The translations under genes were made by a program, and so were the position numbers. From contig CAWIHG010000005.1 in assembly GCA_963835905.1 (NCBI GenBank), positions 891,629-955,628 of the forward strand: a DNA stretch of 64,000 bases, written 5' to 3'. The DNA comes from an uncultured delta proteobacterium. GTDB taxonomy: Bacteria > Desulfobacterota > Binatia > Binatales > Binataceae. The notes beneath the pieces are model-generated. The model was not told the origin of the DNA. It was given only the letters and a program-made list of their open reading frames with translations, and made no database searches. Positions 32,385 to 43,455 of this stretch are shown here, piece by piece (positions within the stretch are counted from its first letter, which is position 1; each line of letters starts with the position of its first letter).

Positions 32385-33141
32385 GTGTCTCCCGTTCGAG
32401 CGTTTCCAGCGCCTCGCGCGCGGCGGCCTGCTCGCTCTGTTTCTTGCTGCCGCCTTCGCCGGTTCCGAGCTCGCGCCCGGCGATCCTGATTCGGGTCGTG
32501 AATCGCTTGGCGTGGTCGGGGCCGTCGGCCGCGATCAGCTCGTACACCGGTTGGGTGCGGAACTTGCGGTATGACACTTCCTGCAGCTCGGTCTTGTAAT
32601 CTCGCTCGGCGGCGGGGCCGCCGACGTCGTTGCTGAACAGCAGCTCGACGACCTGGCGCGCCGGGTCAAGGCCGCCGTCGGTATAAATTGCTCCAACCAT
32701 CGCTTCAAATGCCGCCGCGAGGATCGAGATCTTGTCGCGCCCGCCGCTCTTTTCCTCGCCCTTGCCCAGGCGCAGGAGCGAGCCCAAATCGATCGTCTGC
32801 GCCTTGAGCGCGAGAGTGCGCGCGTTGACGATCGAAGCGCGCAGCTTCGAGAGCGGGCCTTCCTTGGCGCCGGGAAATTGTCTCATCAAAAAGTCTGCGA
32901 TCGCGAGGTCCAGGACGGCATCGCCGAGGAACTCCAGGCGCTCGTAATGGTTGTCGCTTCCGACCGCGGCGCTCGGATGCGTCAGCGCAACTTTCAGCAG
33001 TTCCGGACTCGAGAACGAATAACCGATTCTCTGCTCGAGCCGTGATAGTTGTGTTTCAGGTGGCGCTGCCGGCGCTGGCGCGGCCGTCTCCGGCCCACCG
33101 CGTCGAAACAATCTCACCAACCAGTTGCGGGCCTTTGGCAA
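32368..33141 (-). CDS. rnc: Ribonuclease III
   Basis: ALTH.S, ERLEFLGDAVL, dsRBD DYKTELQE...GPDHAKRF; start uncertain (overlaps the mtaB end). Confidence 0.95.
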   Translation of the reverse strand: MPKARNWLVRLFRRGGPETAAPAPAAPPETQLSRLEQRIGYSFSSPELLKVALTHPSAAVGSDNHYERLEFLGDAVLDLAIADFLMRQFPGAKEGPLSKLRASIVNARTLALKAQTIDLGSLLRLGKGEEKSGGRDKISILAAAFEAMVGAIYTDGGLDPARQVVELLFSNDVGGPAAERDYKTELQEVSYRKFRTQPVYELIAADGPDHAKRFTTRIRIAGRELGTGEGGSKKQSEQAAAREALETLERETRERPS

Positions 33142-34399
33142 GCGAAGCTACAACCTCGACTTCATGATTTGTCAACTCCACGGGGCCGGCCGTCAATACC
33201 CGGACATAGTTGCGGCTGTATCCGGTCAACATTCCGTCCGCCGTGCATTCTTCAAGTAACACATCAAGTCTCTCGCCGCACTGGCGCCGGGCAAACTCGG
33301 CCCGCTTGGCTTCGCCAATTCCCCGGATCTCGGCGGCCCGCCGGGTAATCTCCGGCGCCGCGACCCGCCCCGCAAGCTTGGCGGCGGTAGTGCCGCTGCG
33401 GACCGAATAGGGAAACACGTGGAAATAGGCCAGCGGCAGCGCTTCCAGGAATTCGCGGGTCGATTCGTACTGCGCCCGCGTCTCCCCGGGAAATCCGACA
33501 ATCACGTCCGTGCCGATCGCCGCATCCGGCATCGCCTTCATCACCCGCTCGACGCGCCCGCGATAAAAGTCGCGGTCGTAGCGCCGGCGCATCCGGCGCA
33601 GCGTTTCATCCTCGCCCGACTGGAGCGGCAGATGCACGTGCGGGCAGAAGGCCTCGCTGTGCGCCACGATGTCGATAATCCGGTCGCTCAATTCCTCGGG
33701 GTCAAGCGAGCTTACCCGGATGCGCCGGATCGGCGAGCGCTGCGCGATCATCTCGAGCAGGTCCGCGAGCTCGGCCGCCGGCTCCAGGTCGCGCCCGTAG
33801 CCGCCCAGATGCACTCCCGACAGCGTGACCTCCTTGAACCCGCGCCCGTGCAGCTCATCGAGCGCGTCAATCACGCGGCGCGGCTCCACGCTGCGCGAGG
33901 TCCCGCGCGAGGTCGGCACGATACAGAAACTGCAGAACTGGTCGCATCCTTCCTGCACCTTAAGGAACGCTCGCGTCTGTCCGCTGAGCGCGACCGCGCC
34001 CAGCTCGATAGGCGCGCGCAACTTGCGCAAGTTGGAAACCATCACGCGCTCTTCATTGGCTCCGGTGGCGGCGCGTTCCAGGTCGCCGGGACGTCCCAAC
34101 CCCACCACCGCATCGACTTCGCCGGCGCGCGCGAGCACCTCGGGATTCGCCTGCGCCAGGCACCCGGTCATGATCACGCGGGCGTTGGGATTCAGCCTGC
34201 GCGCGCGGCGCGCGAAGCGGAGGCTCTCGGAGTCCGCGCGGTCGGTGACGGTGCAGGTGTTCACGATATAAACGTCGGCTACCGCGGTGAAGTCGCACCG
34301 CTCCATCCCCTGCGCGCGCAGGCGTGATTCGATCATCGCCGAATCGTAGTGATTGACCTTGCAGCCCAGGGTCGCGATCGCAAACCGCATCGCCGTCAT
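33056..34399 (-). CDS. mtaB: tRNA t6A37 methylthiotransferase MtaB
   Basis: TLGCKVN, NTCTVT, TGC, radical SAM CDQFCSFC, HVFPYS.R.GT. Confidence 0.92.
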   Translation of the reverse strand: MTAMRFAIATLGCKVNHYDSAMIESRLRAQGMERCDFTAVADVYIVNTCTVTDRADSESLRFARRARRLNPNARVIMTGCLAQANPEVLARAGEVDAVVGLGRPGDLERAATGANEERVMVSNLRKLRAPIELGAVALSGQTRAFLKVQEGCDQFCSFCIVPTSRGTSRSVEPRRVIDALDELHGRGFKEVTLSGVHLGGYGRDLEPAAELADLLEMIAQRSPIRRIRVSSLDPEELSDRIIDIVAHSEAFCPHVHLPLQSGEDETLRRMRRRYDRDFYRGRVERVMKAMPDAAIGTDVIVGFPGETRAQYESTREFLEALPLAYFHVFPYSVRSGTTAAKLAGRVAAPEITRRAAEIRGIGEAKRAEFARRQCGERLDVLLEECTADGMLTGYSRNYVRVLTAGPVELTNHEVEVVASLAKGPQLVGEIVSTRWAGDGRASAGSAT

Positions 34400-35493
34400 G
34401 CCTCGATCGCGCGCTCGATGAATCCGCCGCCGAGCACTTCGCCGCCGCGATAGAATACGCAGGCCTGTCCGGGTGTGACCGCGGGACCGCCGCCCGACTG
34501 GAAGCGGACTTCCGCGCGTCCGCCCGCAACCATCGCGAGCGTGGCGGGAAGCGCCGGATGGCGATAACGAATCTTTACTTCAACCGCCGCGGACTGCGCG
34601 TCCCATCCGCCGGGATCGATCATGCTGACGCCGCGCGCCACCAGGCCCGGCGCGGTAAGCTTCGCGCGCGCGCCGACCGTCACGTCGCCGGTCAGCGAGT
34701 CGATTGAGCGCACGTAAAGCGGCTCGCCCGCCGCGATTCCCAGTCCGCGCCGCTGCCCGACGGTGAAACGATGCACTCCGCCATGGCGCGCAAGCTCGCG
34801 TCCCGCGGAATCGACCAGGCGGCCGGGCCGCAGCTCGCCGTCAGAGGCACGGCTCTCGACGAATCGCGCATAGGCGCCGTCGGGCACGAAGCAGATCTCC
34901 TGGCTTTCGGGCTTGTCCGCGTTGCCAAGCCCGAGCGCGCGGGCCCGGCGGCGCACCTCGGACTTGGCGATCGTGCCGAGCGGAAAAATGGTGCGCGCAA
35001 GCTGCTCCTGCGTGAGCGAAAAAAGAAAATATGACTGGTCCTTCGACTCGTCCGCAGCGCGCATCAGATGGAACCGGCCAGCGCCGTCGCGCTCGATCCG
35101 CGCATAGTGCCCGGTCGCGATAAAGTCGGCTTCGAGCGCGCGGGCGCGCTGCCAGAGCCGATCGAACTTGATCTCCCGATTGCACATCACGCACGGATTC
35201 GGGGTGCGCCCGGAAAGATATTCGGAGACGAAGTTGCCGACCACCCGGGCGGCGAATTCCTGGCGCAAATCGACGATGTAGAACGGAAAATCCATCCGCT
35301 CCGCGACCCGGCGCGCGTCTTCGAAATCATCATGAGAGCAGCAGGTGGCGCGCCGGCGCGCCGCCGTGTGCGGTGGTTCGGGCGCCAGCCGCATCGCCAC
35401 GCCCACGACGTCGTAGCCCGCTTCGCGAAGCATCGCGGCGGCAACCGAGCTGTCCACTCCGCCCGACATCGCGACCAGCACGCGCGCGCTCAT
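34396..35493 (-). CDS. mnmA: tRNA 2-thiouridylase MnmA
   Basis: AMSGGVDS, TPNPCVMCN, ATGHYAR, KDQSYFL, ESQEICF, TVGQRRGL, PGQ. Confidence 0.96.
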   Translation of the reverse strand: MSARVLVAMSGGVDSSVAAAMLREAGYDVVGVAMRLAPEPPHTAARRRATCCSHDDFEDARRVAERMDFPFYIVDLRQEFAARVVGNFVSEYLSGRTPNPCVMCNREIKFDRLWQRARALEADFIATGHYARIERDGAGRFHLMRAADESKDQSYFLFSLTQEQLARTIFPLGTIAKSEVRRRARALGLGNADKPESQEICFVPDGAYARFVESRASDGELRPGRLVDSAGRELARHGGVHRFTVGQRRGLGIAAGEPLYVRSIDSLTGDVTVGARAKLTAPGLVARGVSMIDPGGWDAQSAAVEVKIRYRHPALPATLAMVAGGRAEVRFQSGGGPAVTPGQACVFYRGGEVLGGGFIERAIEA

Positions 35494-36665
35494 CGCTCCG
35501 CCCCCATCGCGGCAGGGGCCGCCGGCTCGGCATCGGCGACGCGGTGCCACACGCGCGCGACGGTTTCGCACGCGCGCACGATCTCTTCCCGCGTCGTGGA
35601 CCATCCGAGGCTCAGGCGCAGCGAGCTGCGCGCCTCAGCCGCGCTGCGGCCCATCGCAAGCAGCACGTGTGACGGCTCGACCGCGCCCGCCGCGCACGCC
35701 GAGCCCATCGAGACCTCCACGCCTTCGAGGTCGAGCGCGATCAGCATGCTCTCGCCCGCGACGCCGGGGAACGCGAGGTTGAGCGTATTGGCGACGCTGG
35801 TGTGGAGGGCACCGTTGACGCGCAAGCCTGGAATCGCTTCGCCAAGCCGCGACAGCATCTCGCGCCGCAACGCCGCCAGGCGCTCGGCTTCCGACTGAGT
35901 CGTATCGCGCGCCGCTTCCGCCGCCGCGCCGAACGCGATCGCGCCGAGCAGATTGGGCGTGCCCGCACGCAAACCGTTTTCCTGCGGTCCGCCCAGGATG
36001 GCCGGACCCAGCGCCGTGCCCTCTCGCACGTAAAGCGCGCCGATTCCCGCCGGAGCGCCGAGCTTGTGCCCCGACAGCGTCAGCAGGTCGCAACCCAGCG
36101 CCGCCGCGTCAAGCCGGATTCGTCCCGCCGCCTGAGCAGCGTCGAGATGAAATCGCGCGCCGACGCGCGCTACAGCTTCGGCGATTCCGTCGAGCTGCTG
36201 GATCGTCCCGACCTCGGCATTGACAATTCCAAGCGTGACGAGAGCGGTGTTGCCGTCGATTTCCGCGGCGACCGCGGCGGGATCGATTCGTCCGCCGGAG
36301 TCGGGCGCGATTCGGACGACTTCGAATCCGCGGGTTTCAAAATCGGCAAGCGGTGCGAGAATTGACGAGTGCTCGATCGCGCTGGTGATCGCCCTGCGGC
36401 GATGACCCGCGGCGCGCAACATTCCGGCGATTGCCAGGTTGTTGGATTCGGTGCCCCCGCTGGTGAACGCGATCTCGCCCGCCGCGGCCCCCACCAGCGC
36501 GGCCACCTGCGCGCGCGCCCGCTCCAGCGCCCGGCGGGCACGCTGTCCCGATCGATGCACCGAGGACGGATTGCCGCCCTCTTCCGCAAGGAAACGGGAA
36601 ATCGCCTGTTGCGCCTGCGGTCTGAGCGGAGCGCCGGCGTTGTTATCCAGATAGATTCGCGTCAC
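35490..36665 (-). CDS. iscS: Cysteine desulfurase (IscS/NifS family)
   Basis: IYLDNNA, GNPSSVH, FTSGGTESNN, DAAQ, SGHK, GSAC. Confidence 0.9.
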   Translation of the reverse strand: MTRIYLDNNAGAPLRPQAQQAISRFLAEEGGNPSSVHRSGQRARRALERARAQVAALVGAAAGEIAFTSGGTESNNLAIAGMLRAAGHRRRAITSAIEHSSILAPLADFETRGFEVVRIAPDSGGRIDPAAVAAEIDGNTALVTLGIVNAEVGTIQQLDGIAEAVARVGARFHLDAAQAAGRIRLDAAALGCDLLTLSGHKLGAPAGIGALYVREGTALGPAILGGPQENGLRAGTPNLLGAIAFGAAAEAARDTTQSEAERLAALRREMLSRLGEAIPGLRVNGALHTSVANTLNLAFPGVAGESMLIALDLEGVEVSMGSACAAGAVEPSHVLLAMGRSAAEARSSLRLSLGWSTTREEIVRACETVARVWHRVADAEPAAPAAMGAER

Positions 36666-36712
36666 AGGTATGGCGGCCCTAAAGCGAAGCTAATAGCCTA
36701 GCCTACCATCGG

Positions 36713-37942
36713 ATGCCGAAAAAGAAGCCCCAACGCACAATTGAACCGGCCAAAATCCGGACCGCCGCCGATGTAATCGTGGTTGGAGCGGGCGTGGTCG
36801 GATGCAGTATCGCCCTTCATCTGGCGCGCCGCGGCGCGCGCGTGCGCGTGTTCGACAAGGGTCCGGTATGCGCCGGGATGTCGGCGCGCTCGGGAGCGCT
36901 GGTGCGGATGCATTACACGTTCGCGCCCGAGGTGGAACTGGCGTGGAACAGCCTCGAGTATTTCGAGAACTGGGAACTGATGGTCGGCGGGCGATGCGGC
37001 TTCGAGCGCACCGGTTTCGCAATCGTGGTCGGGGCGGACAACGTCGAGAAGCTGCAGGCAAACGTGCGGATGCTGAAGTCGCGCGGCGTCGAGACCGACG
37101 TGCTCGAGCCCCAGGCGCTGCGCGAAATCGAGCCGTTGGCGCGCCTGGACGACGTCGCGGCGGCCGCACACGAACCGCGCAGCGGATACGCCGACCCGGT
37201 CGCGACAACACAAGCGTTCGCGGAAGCGGCGGACAAGAGCGGAGCGCAATTCCATCTCAATATGCCGGTCGCGGCGCTTAACACCACCGCTGGGCGATGC
37301 ACCGGCGTGACGGACGCGTCAGGAAAATCGCACGAGGCAGACTTTGTATGCCTGGTGACGGGGCCGTGGACCGATCCGATTCTCGCACCGTTCGGCATAA
37401 GAATTGGGATTCACAACGAACGCGCGCAGATCGCGTTCTTCCGCCGTCCGCCGGCGATGCGCCATCTCGCTTTCATCGACACGGTCGCCGGCAGCTATCT
37501 GCGTCCGCACGGCGCCGATCTGACGCTGGCGGGATTGGGCGAGCTTTCACCCGGCGAGCCCCCGGACCCGGATCAGTTCCGCGAAGAGAACGACCCGGAA
37601 TTTATCGCCGAAGCGCGCAGGCGGCTCGTCGCGAGAATTCCCGCGATGAAGGATTGCGCGTTTGCCCACGGACACGCGGGAATCTACGACGTCAGCCCCG
37701 ACGCCCGCCCGGTGATCGGTCCGATTGCGGAGCTGCCGGGGCTTTTCGTGGCGGCGGGATTCAGCGGCACCGGCTTCAAGACTTCGCCGGCGGTGGGAGC
37801 CGCGATGGCGGAGCTGATCATCGACGGCAAGAGCAAGACCGTCGATCTGTCGCCGTTCTCGTTCGAGCGGATTCGGAGCGGAAATCTGATCAAGCCGCCC
37901 AACGAGTACGCGATGGGCGCGGGCTTCGGCCACCGCCTATAG
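36713..37942 (+). CDS. FAD-dependent oxidoreductase (sarcosine oxidase/DAO family)
   Basis: GAGVVG Rossmann motif, SARSGALVR, YDVSPD..PVIG, GFSGTGFK.SPAVG. Confidence 0.88.
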   Translation: MPKKKPQRTIEPAKIRTAADVIVVGAGVVGCSIALHLARRGARVRVFDKGPVCAGMSARSGALVRMHYTFAPEVELAWNSLEYFENWELMVGGRCGFERTGFAIVVGADNVEKLQANVRMLKSRGVETDVLEPQALREIEPLARLDDVAAAAHEPRSGYADPVATTQAFAEAADKSGAQFHLNMPVAALNTTAGRCTGVTDASGKSHEADFVCLVTGPWTDPILAPFGIRIGIHNERAQIAFFRRPPAMRHLAFIDTVAGSYLRPHGADLTLAGLGELSPGEPPDPDQFREENDPEFIAEARRRLVARIPAMKDCAFAHGHAGIYDVSPDARPVIGPIAELPGLFVAAGFSGTGFKTSPAVGAAMAELIIDGKSKTVDLSPFSFERIRSGNLIKPPNEYAMGAGFGHRL

Positions 37943-37981
37943 GACGCGGCGGCCCGCGACAGATTCTGGAGCAACAACATT

Positions 37982-38386
37982 TTGCACCGCGCAAATATCC
38001 TCGTTTTCGTGCTCTTGGGGTCGCTGGCTTTCGCTGGCACGGCATGCGCGCAGTCGGTCGGACCGACCGGGACCCCAACGCCTAATGGAAATTCGCAACC
38101 GGCGCCGGCTATGCAATCGACGAGCGCGGCCACCGCGGGAACCGGGAAGACGCACGGCCCGCCGATGACCCTGATTCCTGCGCCAGAACCGATCATCCAT
38201 GTCGGCGGGACCTCAATGTACGCCGTGAACCCGAATTGCGCACACAGAATTGAGCGGGCGCTACAGGCGCACGCGCCGGTTGCGACCGTCGATCCCCGGT
38301 GCGCACGCGCAATGACCCGCGCCCTGGAGATCCAGCGCACCGGCGTCGGACCGAACCCCGAGCAATGGCCGTCCCCGACTCAGTAA
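37982..38386 (+). CDS. Secreted hypothetical protein (paralog 1)
   Basis: GGAG RBS, TTG start, signal peptide, Pro/Thr-rich linker, two Cys; similar to 38563-38958. Confidence 0.7.
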   Translation: MHRANILVFVLLGSLAFAGTACAQSVGPTGTPTPNGNSQPAPAMQSTSAATAGTGKTHGPPMTLIPAPEPIIHVGGTSMYAVNPNCAHRIERALQAHAPVATVDPRCARAMTRALEIQRTGVGPNPEQWPSPTQ

Positions 38387-38562
38387 TCCGGACGGCGCGC
38401 GGTCACGGCGCAACGAATTCGAAACTGTAATGGGTTCCCGGGTCATGATTTGCTTACGGGCGTAGACTTAGCTGCGCTTGACAATCCCCCCCCCTCAGGA
38501 CTGTTAACGTGCGGTCGCGCTGGTCAAGGCAGGATGTGAACGATCGAAGGAGAAAGAGGAGC

Positions 38563-38958
38563 GTGAAGAAATTCCTGATAGTGGTAGTCGCCTGCCTTCT
38601 GGCGCCGTTGACGGGTTGGGCGCAATCGGTCGGACCGACCGGGACCCCAACTCCTAATGCGAATTCGCAACCGGCGCCGGCTACGCAATCGCCGAGTGCT
38701 GCAACCGCGGGAACCGGGAAGACGCATGGCCCGCCGGCGATTGTGCATCCGCCGCCGAGCACTGCCCACAACGTCAATGGCATCCCGCTCTCCGTGCCGA
38801 ACGCGGAGTGCGCGCGAGAAATTCAATCGGCGCTGCTGCAGCATGCTGAGATCCCTACAAAGGACCCTCGATGCGCTCCCGTCATGCGCAGGGCATTGGA
38901 AATTCAACGGACCAATGCGGGACCGAACCCGGGACCGTGGCCTTTTCCAACAAAATAG
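38563..38958 (+). CDS. Secreted hypothetical protein (paralog 2)
   Basis: AGGAG RBS, GTG start, signal peptide; shares AQSVGPTGTPTPN.NSQPAPA.QS.SAATAGTGKTHGPP and DPRCA..M.RALEIQRT..GPNP..WP.PT with paralog 1. Confidence 0.75.
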   Translation: MKKFLIVVVACLLAPLTGWAQSVGPTGTPTPNANSQPAPATQSPSAATAGTGKTHGPPAIVHPPPSTAHNVNGIPLSVPNAECAREIQSALLQHAEIPTKDPRCAPVMRRALEIQRTNAGPNPGPWPFPTK

Positions 38959-39150
38959 GCCTGGACCCGCGGACCCTGGGCGAGCAGGTAGCACGACCGC
39001 AGCACGCATAGCCTGAGTGACAAATTTTCGGGGGGAACATGAAGAAGCTCGCGCTGGTACTGGTGGCAATCGCGATTCTCGGCGGCTTCGAGTTGACCGT
39101 CCGCGTCTGAGGAGTAGCGACGCAGGCCCGACCGCACCAGCAGGGCGCGG

Positions 39151-39909
39151 TCAGCGGTTCTTTACGACGAACGGAGCGCCTTCGGGCGGATGATGCTCGC
39201 CGACCTTGTCCTCGAGGCAGTCCTGCCGCTCTTCGATCTCTTCCATCCGCACGCCCATCCGGTTGAGCTTTTCGACCAGACCGTTGAGCGCGCGCGCGAC
39301 CGGATCGGGCAGCTTGCCATGCTCGAGTTCGGCGACGTCGTGCCGGGCGCTTTCGCCCTCGATCACCTTGCCGGGGATGCCGACGATCGTGGAGTAAGGC
39401 GGCGCGGACGAAACCACCACCGCGCCCGCGCCAATTCGGCTTCCGCGCCCGATATGGACGGGACCGATCACCGACGCACCCGCGCTGATCATCACGTGGT
39501 CTTCGATCGTCGGATGGCGCTTTTCCTTCTTGAGGCTGGTGCCGCCCAGCGTGACACCCTGGTAGATCAGCACGTCGTCGCCGATCTCGGCGGTCTCTCC
39601 GATCACGACGCCCATCCCGTGATCGATGAACAGCCGGCGCCCGATCGTCGCGCCGGGATGGATTTCGATCCCGGTCACGAAGCGGGAAATTTCGCTGATG
39701 AGGCGGCCGAGCAGCTTGAAGTTGCGCTTCCAGCAGGCGTGGGCAAGGCGATGATGCCAGATCGCGTGGAGCCCAGGATAGGCGAGGATTACCTCGAGCC
39801 TGGTGCGAGCCGCCGGATCGTGATCGAAGGCGGCCTGGATATCTTCGCGCATGCGGCTGGTGAAACCCATGCCCGTATCCTCCGGGAGCGTGGCGGGCTG
39901 CGCGCTCAT
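39151..39909 (-). CDS. cysE: Serine O-acetyltransferase
   Basis: [38 protein letters not shown]. Confidence 0.95.
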   Translation of the reverse strand: MSAQPATLPEDTGMGFTSRMREDIQAAFDHDPAARTRLEVILAYPGLHAIWHHRLAHACWKRNFKLLGRLISEISRFVTGIEIHPGATIGRRLFIDHGMGVVIGETAEIGDDVLIYQGVTLGGTSLKKEKRHPTIEDHVMISAGASVIGPVHIGRGSRIGAGAVVVSSAPPYSTIVGIPGKVIEGESARHDVAELEHGKLPDPVARALNGLVEKLNRMGVRMEEIEERQDCLEDKVGEHHPPEGAPFVVKNR

Positions 39910-41579
39910 GCCTTGCCGGTCGCAGCCTGTTCTTCGCGCGCCGGTCTGGTGCCGCGCGGCCGCGCTCCATTGGCCCTGGGGTGCGCACGCACCCGAGGCT
40001 TCAGATTATCCTTGTGGAGCTTGTACTCGACCGAGTCAACCAGCGCCTGCCAGCTCGCCTCGACGACGTTGCTCGACAGTCCGACGGTGCCCCAGCGCTT
40101 CTTGCCGTCGGTGGATTCGATCAGCACGCGAACCCGCGCCCCGGTGCCGCGGCCGTTGTCCAGCACGCGAACCTTGTAATCGGCAAGCTGCATGTCGGCC
40201 AGCGACGGGTAGTACGGGACCAGCGCGCTGCGCAGGGCGGAGTCGAGCGCGTTGACCGGGCCGTTACCGATCGCGGAGTTTCGGGTGCGGACGCCGTCGG
40301 GTCCCTCGATTACGATCACCGCCTCGCTGAATGGCGCCTGGTCCTCATGCCACTTGTCGTCGAAGACGCGGAAGCTGACGAAGTTGAAATGCTCGCGCGC
40401 CAGCCCGAGCGTCCGCAGCATCAGCAGCTCGAACGACGCATCGGCGCCGTCGTAGGCGTAGCCCACACCCTCCAGGCGCTTTAGCTCTTCAAGCAGCACA
40501 CCGATCTTTTCATTCTTGGCGTCGAGATCGATGCCGAATTCGCCGGCCTTGTAAACAATATTCGCGCGCCCGGCCAGCTCGGAGAGCAGCACGCGGCGGT
40601 CGTTGCCGACCAGCGCCGGGTCGATATGTTCATAGGTGTGGGCGTTGCGCTGGATTCCCGAGACGTGGAGTCCCGCCTTGTGCGCGAACGCGCTGCGCCC
40701 GACGTAGGCCTGGCGCGCGAACGGCGTGACGTTGGCCAGTTCGTACACCAGCATCGAGGTCTCGCGAAGCTGCTTGAGCTTCGGGGCGGGCAGGCAATTG
40801 TAACCGAGCTTGAGCTGCAGGTTCGGGATTATCGAGACCAGGTTCGCGTTGCCGCATCGCTCGCCAAGGCCGTTGATGGTCCCCTGCACCTGCGTGGCGC
40901 CGGCCTGAACGGCGGCAATCGTGTTGGCGACGGCGACCTCGGAGTCGTTGTGGCAGTGGATTCCGATCGGGCAGCTGACGGCCGCGCGCGCGGCGCGGAC
41001 CGCGGCGTCGATTTCATGCGGCAGGCGTCCGCCGTTGGTGTCGCACAGGCAGATCAGATCGACGCCGGCCTCATCGACGGCTTTCAGGCAGGCGAGCGCG
41101 AACTCGGAATTGTTGAAGTAGCCGTCGAAGAAATGCTCCGCGTCGAAAATCGCCTCATCGACATGCTTCTTCAGAAACGCGATCGTGTCGTTCAGGATCG
41201 CAAGATTTTCCTCCTGCGAGATGCGCAGCGCGTCGCGCACGTGCAGGTCCCAGGTCTTGCCGACCACCGTGGCCACCGGCGTCTCCGCGCGCAGCAGCAG
41301 TTGCAGGTTGCGATCCTGTGAGGCGCGGACATTGGCCCGGCGCGTCGAGCCGAACGCCGCAATCTTCGCGTGCCGCAGATGGGCCTTTTTGACGTCCTTG
41401 AAGAACGCCGCGTCGCGATCGTTCGAGCCGGGCCATCCGCCCTCGATATAATCGAAGCCAAGGTCGTCAAGCCGCGCAGCCACCTGCACCTTGTCGGCAA
41501 CCGTCAGCGATACGTCCTCGGACTGGCATCCGTCACGCAGGGTGGTGTCGTAAACCTGGATATGTTTGGGAACCGCCAT
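39906..41579 (-). CDS. cimA: Citramalate synthase (alpha-IPM synthase family)
   Basis: [53 protein letters not shown]. Confidence 0.9.
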   Translation of the reverse strand: MAVPKHIQVYDTTLRDGCQSEDVSLTVADKVQVAARLDDLGFDYIEGGWPGSNDRDAAFFKDVKKAHLRHAKIAAFGSTRRANVRASQDRNLQLLLRAETPVATVVGKTWDLHVRDALRISQEENLAILNDTIAFLKKHVDEAIFDAEHFFDGYFNNSEFALACLKAVDEAGVDLICLCDTNGGRLPHEIDAAVRAARAAVSCPIGIHCHNDSEVAVANTIAAVQAGATQVQGTINGLGERCGNANLVSIIPNLQLKLGYNCLPAPKLKQLRETSMLVYELANVTPFARQAYVGRSAFAHKAGLHVSGIQRNAHTYEHIDPALVGNDRRVLLSELAGRANIVYKAGEFGIDLDAKNEKIGVLLEELKRLEGVGYAYDGADASFELLMLRTLGLAREHFNFVSFRVFDDKWHEDQAPFSEAVIVIEGPDGVRTRNSAIGNGPVNALDSALRSALVPYYPSLADMQLADYKVRVLDNGRGTGARVRVLIESTDGKKRWGTVGLSSNVVEASWQALVDSVEYKLHKDNLKPRVRAHPRANGARPRGTRPAREEQAATGKA

Positions 41580-41582
41580 GGG

Positions 41583-42824
41583 CTAAACGTTCTCCGCGGG
41601 AGGGGCGCTCGCCGCGCCATCGACGAACGCGTCATGCAGCGCGCGCATCGCAAGTTCACCATACTTTGAATTGACCACGACCGATACCTTGATCTCCGAG
41701 GTCGCGATCATCTCGATATTGATGCGCTCGTTGGCCAGCACCTGGAACATCCGGGCCGCCACGCCCGCATGGGTGCGCATCCCGAGCCCGACGATCGAGA
41801 CCTTGGCGACGGTTTCCTCGTGGCGCTCGCCGGAGGCTCCGATTTCGCTGGAAATCTGCCGGACGATCTCGAGCGCGCGGCGCAGGTCGTCGCGTCCGAC
41901 GGTGAAGGTCATGTCGGTGCGGCCGTCCGCGCTCGCGTTCTGGATAATCATGTCCACCACGATACCGGCCTCCGCGATGGGCCCGAAGATTCGCGCCGCA
42001 AGGCCCGGGCGATCTTCGACGCCGGTAATCGTAATCTTGCTCTGGTTCTGGTCGAGCGTGACGCCCGAAACCAGCACGTCCTCCATCGACTTGTCCTCCT
42101 GGCCCACCCAGGTACCCTCCATTTCGCTGAAGCTCGATCGCACCACCAGCGGCACGTTGTAGCGCCGCGCCAGCTCGACCGATCGGATTTGCAGGACCTT
42201 GGCGCCGAGCCCCGCCATCTCCATCATCTCGTCGTACGAGATCCGCTTGAGCTTTTTCGCGCTGGGACAGATGTTCGGGTCGGCGGTATAGACGCCGTCA
42301 ACGTCGGTGTAGATCTCGCACGCGTCGGCATTGAGCGCCGCCGCCAGCGCGACCGCGGTGAGGTCGGAGGCGCCGCGGCCGAGCGTGGTGATGTTGCCCT
42401 CGGAATCGACGCCCTGGTAGCCGGCGACGACCGCAATGTTGCCGCGTTCGAGCGCGTCCATCACCCGCGCCGGTTCGACCGACTTGATGCGCGCGCGGCC
42501 GTGATTTGAGTCGGTGGCGATGCGCAGCTGGTCGGCAAGAAACGAAATCGCGGGAAAGCCGAGCGCCTGCAGCCGAATCGCCATCAGCGCCGCCGAAACC
42601 TGCTCGCCGGTGGCGACCAGCGCGTCGGTCTCGCGCGCGTTGGGGGCGTCGCACAGCTCGGAGGCGAGCTTGAACAGGCGGTTGGTTTCACCCGCCATCG
42701 CGGAAACCACCACTACCGTCCGATCGCCGCGGCTGCGCGTGCGGCCGACGCGCTCGGCGACGGCCTTGATCCGCTCGACAGAGCCGACCGACGTTCCGCC
42801 GTATTTCTGAACGATCAACGCCAC
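41583..42824 (-). CDS. lysC: Aspartate kinase
   Basis: IVQKYGGTSV, VVSAM, TTLGRG.SD, YTDVDG, two ACT domains. Confidence 0.96.
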   Translation of the reverse strand: MALIVQKYGGTSVGSVERIKAVAERVGRTRSRGDRTVVVVSAMAGETNRLFKLASELCDAPNARETDALVATGEQVSAALMAIRLQALGFPAISFLADQLRIATDSNHGRARIKSVEPARVMDALERGNIAVVAGYQGVDSEGNITTLGRGASDLTAVALAAALNADACEIYTDVDGVYTADPNICPSAKKLKRISYDEMMEMAGLGAKVLQIRSVELARRYNVPLVVRSSFSEMEGTWVGQEDKSMEDVLVSGVTLDQNQSKITITGVEDRPGLAARIFGPIAEAGIVVDMIIQNASADGRTDMTFTVGRDDLRRALEIVRQISSEIGASGERHEETVAKVSIVGLGMRTHAGVAARMFQVLANERINIEMIATSEIKVSVVVNSKYGELAMRALHDAFVDGAASAPPAENV

Positions 42825-42932
42825 GCGATAAAATCCGCCTTCCGCCAGCAAATCACGGGGTAATCGATCATTATGGGCCCAAATCGGGCGCCAAACCAGT
42901 CCTCGTCCTGAATGCGCGCAAGCGTGAATAAC

Positions 42933-43439
42933 TCAGGCAAAGCGGCGGCGCAGCCGCGCAACGATCGCCGAATGGCGCCCGCCACGCGCGCGGAATTCGA
43001 GCGTGCGATGATTCGCGCCGGAGTAACTGATTCGGATCGACAGCGCCTCCAGACCCTCGGCCTCGTCCAGCCGGTCGAACCATTCCACCGCCGCGACCGC
43101 CTCTGAGAACAGGTATTCGCGCAGGCCGAGATCGTCCAGGTCCGCGCGCTCAAGGCGGTAAAGGTCGATGTGATAGAGCGGGAGGCGGCCGTGATGCTCC
43201 TGGATCATCGTGAAGGTGGGACTCAGGATTTCCTCCTCGCGCAGCGCAAGCCCGTGCGCGAGTCCCTTGACGAAGCAGGTCTTGCCCGCGCCGAGCTCGC
43301 CGGTCAGGCCCAGCAACTCGCCGCCTTCGAGCAGCGACGCGAGCCTGCGGCCCCACGATTTCGTTTCGTGAGCCGAGCGGCTCTCGACGATGAAAACGAG
43401 GCCTTCGCCGGAGTCCGAATGTGCCGATACGCGCGTCAT
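42933..43439 (-). CDS. tsaE: tRNA t6A biosynthesis ATPase TsaE
   Basis: GELGAGKT, SPTF, HIDLYRL, VEW. Confidence 0.93.
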   Translation of the reverse strand: MTRVSAHSDSGEGLVFIVESRSAHETKSWGRRLASLLEGGELLGLTGELGAGKTCFVKGLAHGLALREEEILSPTFTMIQEHHGRLPLYHIDLYRLERADLDDLGLREYLFSEAVAAVEWFDRLDEAEGLEALSIRISYSGANHRTLEFRARGGRHSAIVARLRRRFA

Positions 43440-43455
43440 CGCGATACTTCCGATT

